In this document: piece after piece, positions 31,157 to 38,140 of the stretch | Layout: the number at the start of each line of letters is the position of its first letter | Position numbering within the stretch: the first letter of the stretch is position 1 | NCBI GenBank assembly: GCA_016190465.1 | Contig: JACPQP010000183.1 | Location: 1 to 41,077, forward strand | DNA length: 41,077 bases | Direction of reading: 5' to 3' | Source: Chloroflexota bacterium | GTDB lineage: Bacteria > Chloroflexota > UBA6077 > FW602-bin22 > JACPQP01 | Program-made: the position numbers and the translations under genes | The notes under the pieces: generated by a model | What the model was told of the DNA's origin: nothing | Databases searched by the model: none | What the model saw: only the letters and a program-made list of their open reading frames with translations

Positions 31157-31177
31157 GCAGGCGGAGGGAAATTGCAA
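31149..31177 (-). promoter_or_regulatory. Divergent promoter for the epimerase-like gene; its -10 overlaps the IclR promoter -10
   Basis: On the minus strand: TTGCAA (31172-31177), 17-nt spacer, TATACT (31149-31154). Confidence 0.45.
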
Positions 31178-32032
31178 GACACGGTTTCACACCACAGAAC
31201 AGGTGCGCAGCGGGAGACGCGGGCGCCGGGCACCGTCGCGCGCCGCGATCCTACCGTCCAGGCGATCGTTCACGCCTTCGAGGTCCTGGACGCGTTTCAG
31301 GGATCGTCGTCTTACAGCGTCACCGAGTTGGCCCGCCAGCTCCGGATGCACAAGAGCACTGCTCATCGGCTGCTGGCCACCTTGCAGCGGGTCGGCTACG
31401 TCGTGCAGGACGAGGTGACGCAGCGCTACCACCTGGGTCTGAAAGTGCTGGACCTGGCCGCCTCGGTCTCGTCCACCGTCGATCTGCGCACGCGGGCCAC
31501 GCCAGCGCTCCAGCGGCTGGTGGCCACTGCGCAAGAGACGGTGCACCTGGGCGTGCTGATCGACGGCGAGGTGGTCTGCATCGAGTCGGTGCCCAGCGCC
31601 CGACCGATCGCCGTGATGCGGCTTGTCGGGAAGCGTGGACCGGCTCACGTCTCGTCGATGGGGAAGGTCATCCTCGCCCACCAGCCCGATGGGGTTGTCG
31701 AGCAGGTCGTCACGGCGAAGGGTCTCCGTCGCCTCACCGTCCACACGATCGTCGATCCGGTGGCGTTTCGGGAACATCTGAAGCGCGTGCGGGCGCAGGG
31801 CTGGGCGATCAACGCCGAGGAGGAGGAGCTGGGCTTCGGCTGCGTCGCCGCGCCCATCTGGAACCACCGGGGCGAGGTGATCGCCGCGCTGAGCATCGCG
31901 GCCCCGATGGGCCGGCTGGCGGGGGCCAGCCGCGACCGTCTGGTGCAACTGGCCGTGGCCGGCGGCCAGGAGATCTCCGAATCGCTGGGCTTTCGGCCGA
32001 TCACGAACGTCTCCAGCAACGGCCGTTCGTAA
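31172..32032 (+). CDS. IclR family transcriptional regulator
   Basis: wHTH block VQAIVHAFEVLDAF...YSVTELARQLRMHKSTAHRLLATLQRVGYVVQD plus a C-terminal IclR effector-domain pattern (HVSSMGKVILA..., GFGCVAAPIW). The start is uncertain. The ORF track begins at GTG 31145, but that lies upstream of the predicted TATAAT. TTG 31172 after GGAGGG is the only in-frame start downstream of the promoter. Confidence 0.8.
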   Translation: MQDTVSHHRTGAQRETRAPGTVARRDPTVQAIVHAFEVLDAFQGSSSYSVTELARQLRMHKSTAHRLLATLQRVGYVVQDEVTQRYHLGLKVLDLAASVSSTVDLRTRATPALQRLVATAQETVHLGVLIDGEVVCIESVPSARPIAVMRLVGKRGPAHVSSMGKVILAHQPDGVVEQVVTAKGLRRLTVHTIVDPVAFREHLKRVRAQGWAINAEEEELGFGCVAAPIWNHRGEVIAALSIAAPMGRLAGASRDRLVQLAVAGGQEISESLGFRPITNVSSNGRS

Positions 32033-32095
32033 GTCGGGGCCTGTCCGCTATCTCGCGCGATCGGAATGCCTGATGATGCTCGCCTGGAGGTTCCC

Positions 32096-32980
32096 ATGCC
32101 CACATTCGCGGTCACACCTCAGCCCCGGGAGCGCGCCCATCTTCCCGCCTGGCAGCGGCGCAAGCTGCGGATCCTCCGCGATGGTCGGACGATCGCCGCG
32201 TGCCTGGAGCACGAGGTGCGAACCTACGTCCATCCGTTCTGCACGCCGCGGGGCTTCCCGGTCACCGCTCACAATCAGACGGATTTCCCGCACCAGGGCG
32301 GAGTCTGGCTGGCCCACGGCAAGCTGAACGGCAACGAGCTCTGGATCGAGGAGCGCACGCTGGCCATCGAACGCCGTCCACGGCTCTCACAAACGGGCGA
32401 CCGAGCGCAGTATCGGTTGGGACGGGTCACGGTCGCCGACACCGAGCTGCTCGAGCAGGGCGAACGGGCGGTGATCGAGCAGCGCAACCAGTGGCTCGAC
32501 GCCGACGGCCAGCCGCTCCTGGAGGAGCGACGGCGCCTCGCCTTCGTGGGCGACTCGGTGGCCAATGTCCTCGACATAACCAGCGCGTTTCAGCCGCTCG
32601 TCGACGCCGTCGAGTTCGGCGCCACCAACCACGGGTTCTTCGCCGTCCGGGTGGAAGACCTGATCGACGTCGAAGATGCCGGGCAGGTCGCCAACGCCGA
32701 GGGGCGGGTCGGCGTCGACGAGACCAACGGCCGGGTGTCGCGCTGGGTCGATTGCACGGGTCGGCTGGGCGGCGAGCGCGTCGGCATCGCCGCCTACGTC
32801 CCCGACGACGGGCGCACCTACTACTGGCACATCACCGCGTACGGCCTGATGATCGCCAACCCGTTTCGCCACGAACCGGCGACGCTACGCGCGGGCGAGA
32901 CCTGGCTCTTCCGCTTCCGGGCCATCGCCCACGACGGCTGGCTCTCGGCCACCGACCTGGCAGGATACGCGCTCGAATAA
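32096..32980 (+). CDS. PF14100 / DUF6807 family protein (often auto-annotated 'PmoA'), function unknown
   Basis: ATG lies 5 nt after GGAGG. Family-like blocks HPFCTPRGFPVT...DFPHQGGVWLAHGKLNGNELW, FGATNHGFFAVRV, RWVDCTG...VGIAAYV, WHITAYGLMIANPF and AGETWLFRFRAIAHDG. Confidence 0.6.
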   Translation: MPTFAVTPQPRERAHLPAWQRRKLRILRDGRTIAACLEHEVRTYVHPFCTPRGFPVTAHNQTDFPHQGGVWLAHGKLNGNELWIEERTLAIERRPRLSQTGDRAQYRLGRVTVADTELLEQGERAVIEQRNQWLDADGQPLLEERRRLAFVGDSVANVLDITSAFQPLVDAVEFGATNHGFFAVRVEDLIDVEDAGQVANAEGRVGVDETNGRVSRWVDCTGRLGGERVGIAAYVPDDGRTYYWHITAYGLMIANPFRHEPATLRAGETWLFRFRAIAHDGWLSATDLAGYALE

Positions 32981-33001
32981 GTGGAGGAGTAGCCTACGGC
33001 A

Positions 33002-34018
33002 ATGGACAAGCGATTTCGCGTTGGCATCATCGGCTGCGGGGACATCGGGCGAGGGCACGCCCGTGCCTACCGGCGGGTCGAGCCGATCGACCTGGTGGCC
33101 GCGGCGGACATCAACCCCGCCGCGCTGGACACCTATTGCGCCGAGTTCGAGATCCCGGCGAAGTACACCGACTACAACCAGATGCTCGAGCGGGAGAAGC
33201 TTGACATCGTGAGCGTCTGCACCTGGCCCCAGACGCACGTGGCGATCGTCCGCGACGCCGTGCGGCACCCGCTGCGGGCGATCTACTGCGAGAAGCCGCT
33301 GTGTATGAGCCTGGGCGAGGCCGACGAGATCGTCGCGCTGACCCGGGAGGCAGGGATCCCGACGATCGTCGGCCACCAGCGGCGCTACGTCGACCGCTGG
33401 ATCAAGGCGAAAGAGATCGCGCACAGCGGGGCGATCGGCGAGATCGTGCGCCTGGAGGCAGCCTGCGAGAAGTGGGACATCTTCCAGTGGGGCACTCACT
33501 GGATCGACATGCTCCGGTACTACAACAACGACCAGCCCGTCGACTGGGCGTTCGCGCAGGTCGATCGGCGGTGGGACCGGATCCGGTTTGGCCATCGTCT
33601 CGAGACCGAGTGCATCGCCCTGTTCGGCTTCCGCAACGGCGTCCGGGGGTACGTCGAGACCGGCGACCACGTCGCCGGCTTCTACAACCGGATCATCGGG
33701 ACGGAGGGCATCGTGGAGGTCAATCAGCCGAACGTGCCGCTCCGGGCGCGGGTGAAGGGGGAGCGCGACTGGCTGGTGCCGCCGCTCGACGAAACCCGGC
33801 ACGGCATTCAGACGGCCATCGAGCGGCTGCTGGACACCATCGAGACCGGCGCGCCGCACCGGATGAGCCTCGATTCGGCCCGGGCCACCCAGGAGGTCAT
33901 CATGGCGATCTACCAGTCGGCGCTGACCGGGAGGCTCGTCGAGCTGCCGCTCGCGGTCAAGGAATCGCCGTTCGCGGCGCTGCTGGCCCGGGCGGGCATC
34001 CCGCTGGTGGTCTCGTAA
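33002..34018 (+). CDS. Gfo/Idh/MocA family NAD(P)-dependent oxidoreductase
   Basis: Rossmann start FRVGIIGCGDIGRGHARAY and the EKPL motif in YCEKPLCMSLGEADEIV. Confidence 0.88.
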   Translation: MDKRFRVGIIGCGDIGRGHARAYRRVEPIDLVAAADINPAALDTYCAEFEIPAKYTDYNQMLEREKLDIVSVCTWPQTHVAIVRDAVRHPLRAIYCEKPLCMSLGEADEIVALTREAGIPTIVGHQRRYVDRWIKAKEIAHSGAIGEIVRLEAACEKWDIFQWGTHWIDMLRYYNNDQPVDWAFAQVDRRWDRIRFGHRLETECIALFGFRNGVRGYVETGDHVAGFYNRIIGTEGIVEVNQPNVPLRARVKGERDWLVPPLDETRHGIQTAIERLLDTIETGAPHRMSLDSARATQEVIMAIYQSALTGRLVELPLAVKESPFAALLARAGIPLVVS

Positions 34019-34363
34019 TCAACAGATCAGGACTACGCGGCGAAAGGTGTCGGGTCACTCATCCTGAAGGAGGGGTACTTTCTGCAACAGGCCCTGGAGA
34101 AGTTCCTCAAAGCCTACCTCATCCGGCAGGGCTGGCGCCTGGAGAGAACGCACGCGCTGGACAAGCTCCTCGAAGCCGCGGTGGCGCACGATGCGGCGTT
34201 AGACACGTTTGCCCAGTTGTGCATACGGGTTGCCGACTACTACCTGGCCCAGCGCTACCCCGACGTGCAAGTTGGCAGCGCGAGCCTCGAGCGGATCCGC
34301 GCCGACCTGGCCAAGGCGCGGCGGCTGATCGTGGCGCTGTTTCCCGACGAGCGGATGGAATGA
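34019..34363 (+). pseudogene. 5'-truncated HEPN-domain gene remnant
   Basis: The frame is open from the codon after the TAA of the oxidoreductase, and is the same frame. It encodes ...LQQALEKFLKAYLIRQGWRLERTHALDKLL...YYLAQRYP... (HEPN helices with Rx4H). The first helix is missing, and the only ATG/GTG/TTG start is GTG 34181. No nucleotidyltransferase partner is present. Confidence 0.5.
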
Positions 34364-34454
34364 GCTGGCCACCCGCGGCGCGGGCCCAGCCACTCAAGCG
34401 GGGCTATCGTTGCGAAGCCGGGCTGCGCCGACTCGAGTAGCCCGCGCAGGTTGC

Positions 34455-35423
34455 CTACCCCGAGTCCTGCAGGACCTCCCGCAGCCCCTCCACCGTCACG
34501 TTCCCGCCGCTGAGCACCAGCCCGACCCTCTTGCCCTGGAGGCGGTCCCGCAGCTTGAAGGCCGCGGCGGTGCTGGCGGCGCCGGCTCCCTCGGCCAGCA
34601 TCCGGGTCGTGCGGATGAGCGTCAGCATTGCCGCCCGTATCTCCTGGTCGCTGACGAGGACCAGATCGTCCAGCCGCTCGCGCAGGATCCGCAGCGGCAG
34701 CTCGAAGGGCACCCGCGCCGCCAGCCCCTCGGCAAAGGTCGCGATCCGATCGATCGGCTCCATGTGCCCCTGGTGGAAGGCCCGCCAGACGGCCGGCGCC
34801 CCTTCGGCCTGGACGCCGATCACCCGCAGTCGCGGGTTCAGCCCCTTGCCGGCGATGCAGTGGCCGCAGGCGCCCGAACCGGCGCCGATCGGGCTGATCA
34901 CCACCTCCAGGTCCGGCACCCGTTCGATCATCTCCAGGCTCAGGGTGGCCACCCCCGCGATCAGCAGCGGCTCGTTGGCCGGGTGCACATAGCGCATGCC
35001 CGTCTCCGCCGCGGTGCGCTCCACCCACGCGCGGGCCTCGTCGAAGTCGGCGCCGACCTCGACCACCTCGGCGCCGAGGGCGCGCATGGCCGCCATCTTG
35101 ACCGGGTTGGCGCCCTCCGGGACACCCACCACGACGTGCGCCCCGAACAACCGTCCCGCGTAGGCGATAGACTGCCCGTGGTTGCCGGTGGAGGCGGTGA
35201 TGAGCCCACGAGCCCGCTCTTCGAGGCCGAGACGGCTGACCAGGTTGACGCCGCCGCGCACCTTGAAGGCGCCCACCGGCTGGAGGTTCTCGCACTTGAT
35301 CCACACCTCGGCGCCGAGCAGCGCCGAGAGGGCCTCGGCCGGCTGAAACGGCGTCGGCGGAAGGTAGGGGCTGATGGCCCGGCGGGCGGCAAAGACGTCG
35401 AGCAGGGTGGGGATCTCCAACAT
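34455..35423 (-). CDS. PLP-dependent threonine/serine dehydratase (short form, no ACT regulatory domain)
   Basis: ATG 35423 lies 8 nt after AAGGAG. PLP-lysine block KCENLQPVGAFKVRGG, TASTGNHGQSIAYAG and the glycine loop SPIGAGSG. Confidence 0.85.
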   Translation of the reverse strand: MLEIPTLLDVFAARRAISPYLPPTPFQPAEALSALLGAEVWIKCENLQPVGAFKVRGGVNLVSRLGLEERARGLITASTGNHGQSIAYAGRLFGAHVVVGVPEGANPVKMAAMRALGAEVVEVGADFDEARAWVERTAAETGMRYVHPANEPLLIAGVATLSLEMIERVPDLEVVISPIGAGSGACGHCIAGKGLNPRLRVIGVQAEGAPAVWRAFHQGHMEPIDRIATFAEGLAARVPFELPLRILRERLDDLVLVSDQEIRAAMLTLIRTTRMLAEGAGAASTAAAFKLRDRLQGKRVGLVLSGGNVTVEGLREVLQDSG

Positions 35424-35621
35424 GGGCGACCGCTCCTTTCGGTGGACGCCAGCGTTCAGAGAGAAACAGAACGAACACAACGTTCGCCACCACCGGCGGG
35501 CGGCTCCAGAGCAAACCCTTGTGTACGCCCCCTCGCAGCAGTGGCTGGCAGCGCTCCCATTGTACGCGATAGGGTGAGGCATCGGCACGCCCTGATCTCG
35601 GTCCGATCTCGGTGAACCTCC

Positions 35622-35650
35622 TTGACAGCGATGAAGGGAAACGGTAGTAT
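35622..35650 (+). promoter_or_regulatory. Near-consensus sigma70 promoter of the methyltransferase gene
   Basis: TTGACA (35622-35627), 17-nt spacer, TAGTAT (35645-35650), 36 nt before ATG 35686. Confidence 0.55.
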
Positions 35651-35685
35651 CCCGATAGAACAAGTGTGCGGGTAGGCGAAAGCAG

Positions 35686-36681
35686 ATGGTGATCAACAAA
35701 CGGCCGGCCGGGTTGTTTGACCAAGACGAAGAAGAGCAAGACTCGCGCCTGCTCGAAGAGTGGGCACCGGGTTACCCCTCGCAAGCCATCGGACGGTCGC
35801 GGGTCATTCTCGCGGACTGTCTCGAGTGGTTGCGGAGGGTTCCTGAGAACAGTATCCACGCCATTGTCACAGACCCGCCATACGGAGTGAAAGAGTACGA
35901 GCATGCCCAGCTGGAGAAGCGTTCCAATGGCATTGGCGGAATCTGGAGGATTCCTCCCTCCTTTGACGGCCACCCTCGCTCCCCACTACCGCGCTTCACG
36001 GCTCTCAACCAAAAAGAGCGCGAGAGCCTCTATCGGTTCTTTAGCAATTGGGCGAAGCTTGTTGTGCGGGCCCTAAGGCCCGGCGCCCACGTCTTTATCG
36101 CCAGCAACTCCTTCATCTCCCAGCTAACCTTCTCGGCGCTGGTGGATGGCGGGCTCGAGTTTCGCGGGGAACTCATCCGGCTAGTGAGAACGTTGCGGGG
36201 AGGGGATCGTCCCAAGAACGCCGAGGACGAGTTCCCAGGGGTTTGCTCCATGCCGCGGGGCTGCTACGAGCCATGGGGTATACTCCGAAAGCCCATCCTT
36301 GAGGGGATGACCGTTGGCGACTGTTTGCGGCAGTTTGAGACAGGAGGGCTGCGCAGGGGCACGGATGAACGCCCGTTCTGCGACGTGATCGTGAGCGAGC
36401 GGACCCCCGGGAGAGAGCGGCAGATCGCCGATCACCCGAGTCTGAAGCCGCAGTCGTTTCTGCGTCATGTGGTCTGCGCGGCGCTACCCTTGGGCCGAGG
36501 GGTTGTTGTCGATCCCTTTATGGGCTCGGGCTCTACGATCGCCGCGGCGGAGGCGGTCGGGCTCTCCGCCATCGGGGTGGAAAGGCTGCCTGAGTATTAC
36601 CAGATGAGCTTGCAGGCTATTCCTCGTCTTAAGGGCCTTGCGCTAGGTTCTCCGCCTGGTCAGCTTCAGATGGAGTTGTAG
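35686..36681 (+). CDS. Beta-class DNA methyltransferase (N6-adenine / N4-cytosine type, PF01555-like), apparently orphan
   Basis: Motif IV IVTDPPYGV is N-terminal. HPSLKPQSFLRHVV and motif I VVDPFMGSGSTIAAA are C-terminal. GC is visibly lower than in the flanks. Confidence 0.85.
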   Translation: MVINKRPAGLFDQDEEEQDSRLLEEWAPGYPSQAIGRSRVILADCLEWLRRVPENSIHAIVTDPPYGVKEYEHAQLEKRSNGIGGIWRIPPSFDGHPRSPLPRFTALNQKERESLYRFFSNWAKLVVRALRPGAHVFIASNSFISQLTFSALVDGGLEFRGELIRLVRTLRGGDRPKNAEDEFPGVCSMPRGCYEPWGILRKPILEGMTVGDCLRQFETGGLRRGTDERPFCDVIVSERTPGRERQIADHPSLKPQSFLRHVVCAALPLGRGVVVDPFMGSGSTIAAAEAVGLSAIGVERLPEYYQMSLQAIPRLKGLALGSPPGQLQMEL

Positions 36682-36910
36682 GCCGGATGTCCGCTGCCTG
36701 GTCCTTGTAGATCCAGTTGGGCATCATCTTTCGGTAGCCGGACCCGGTGACGCTAGCAGTGATGGTTCGGCGGCTGGTCTCCGAGCGGCCAGAGAACGCC
36801 CAGTCGTTCTTGGTGAGTTGTGCCCCGGCGACCGACACGAAGCGGAAGGACTTTGGGCGGATCCCTTTGGCCCTGTCCACTGGCGTGTTGCCTTCGAAGA
36901 CAAAGACCAC
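36629..36910 (-). other. Short convergent ORF of unknown function, possible gene remnant
   Basis: 93 codons from GTG 36910; the frame is open only back to a stop at 36950-36952. It overlaps the methyltransferase 3' end by 53 bp and lies in the lower-GC patch. I recognise no motifs. Confidence 0.15.
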
Positions 36911-37009
36911 CAGCCAGACATCTTCTCGGTGTGCCGGTTGACGTGATCGTCATGGACGAGGAGTTCTTCGACCGGCGGAAAGTGGTCATCGCCTCGCTTC
37001 CCGGGACGG

Positions 37010-37038
37010 TTGACCGTGAGGGACACGTGCTCTATGCT
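37010..37038 (+). promoter_or_regulatory. Candidate sigma70 promoter of URO-D paralog 3
   Basis: TTGACC (37010-37015), 17-nt spacer, TATGCT (37033-37038). GAGGTG SD lies 5 nt before ATG 37066. Confidence 0.5.
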
Positions 37039-37065
37039 GCCTGAGAAGATTGCTGAGGTGCGCGA

Positions 37066-38133
37066 ATGGACAAGGCAACCCGACTCACCACGACGTTCGA
37101 TGGCCGGCTGCCGGACCGCCCGCCGATCCTCGGCGGCTGGCTGGCCGCGCCGGCCCACGTGCAGACGCTCACCGGCTGCACCGACGACGACTACTGGGCC
37201 GACCCCTTCTACTGGGGACTGGAGGCCGAGCGGGCGCTGGGCACTGATGGTGTCGTCACCATCTTCATCCCCCGCAAGCGCGGCGGCTATCGCTGTGTCG
37301 ACGAGGAGGTGCTGGAGAATCGGGCCAGCTACACCATGGAGCGCGTGGTGGCCGAGATCGAGGCGCTGCCGGATCCTGACGCCTTCCGCGACGAGTGGGA
37401 CGAGACGACGGCCTATCCGGAGTTCCTGGATAGACTCCTCACCGCGCAGCGCCGCGCCGGCGACATTCTCTGGTGCCCGGCCTCCTGGGACCTCATCCCC
37501 AAGGCCCTCTGGTACGCGCGCTATGGCTACGAGCGCGCGCTGATGCTGCCGGTGGAACACCCGCAGCACCACCTGAAGCTGCTGCGGCTGAGCGCCGAGA
37601 AGGGCCGCCAGGTAGCCACCATGCGGGCTCGGGCGATCCGCGAGGGGTTGCATCCCCGCGCCATCCTCACCGGCGAGGACCTCTGCGGCCAGAAGGGGCC
37701 GATGATCTCGCCGGCCTTCCTCCGCCGCGAGTATTTCCCGCTGGTCGAGTACACCTTCGAGCCGCTTCTGGCGGTCGGCGCGAAGATCGTCTGGCACTGC
37801 GATGGCGATGTCCGGCCGATCCTCAACGACGTTTTCGCCAGCGGGGTGGCCGGCCTGCAAGGCTTTCAGCGCGAGTGCGGCATGGACGTCGAGTGGATCG
37901 TGGAGCGGCGGACCCGGACCGGCGATCCGCTGCTGATCTTCGGCCCGCTATCGGTGACGACGACGCTGCCCTACGGCACGCCGGACGATGTGCGGGCCGA
38001 GGTGCGGCGGGCGATGGCGCTCTGCCGCGACCAGGCCTCTCTGGTGTTCTTCACCAGCAACACCATGACGCCCGATGTGCCGTTGGAAAACATCCTCGCC
38101 TTCTGGGATGAGGTGCACGCCAGCCACTGGTAG
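37066..38133 (+). CDS. URO-D fold family protein, paralog 3
   Basis: 355 aa. LTGEDLCGQKGPMISPAFLRREYFPLVEYTF, IVWHCDGDVRPILNDVFASGVAGLQGFQ and GTPDDVRAEVRRAM...FFTSNTMTPDVPLENI parallel paralogs 1 and 2. Confidence 0.65.
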   Translation: MDKATRLTTTFDGRLPDRPPILGGWLAAPAHVQTLTGCTDDDYWADPFYWGLEAERALGTDGVVTIFIPRKRGGYRCVDEEVLENRASYTMERVVAEIEALPDPDAFRDEWDETTAYPEFLDRLLTAQRRAGDILWCPASWDLIPKALWYARYGYERALMLPVEHPQHHLKLLRLSAEKGRQVATMRARAIREGLHPRAILTGEDLCGQKGPMISPAFLRREYFPLVEYTFEPLLAVGAKIVWHCDGDVRPILNDVFASGVAGLQGFQRECGMDVEWIVERRTRTGDPLLIFGPLSVTTTLPYGTPDDVRAEVRRAMALCRDQASLVFFTSNTMTPDVPLENILAFWDEVHASHW

Positions 38134-38140
38134 GGAAGCC

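Noticed and set aside
32096-32980. Taking the 'PmoA' family label at face value as a methane or ammonia monooxygenase subunit.
   Set aside because: The protein has no transmembrane helices, no pmoB or pmoC is nearby, and the gene context is sugar oxidoreductases. The label is a family-name artefact.
35469-35485. A small hairpin (gaacg/cgttc) followed on the minus strand by a T-rich tract in the roughly 150-nt leader of the threonine dehydratase gene; a possible attenuator or T-box.
   Set aside because: The stem is only 5 bp. There is no Ile/Val/Thr-rich leader peptide, and I could find no T-box specifier or antiterminator features.
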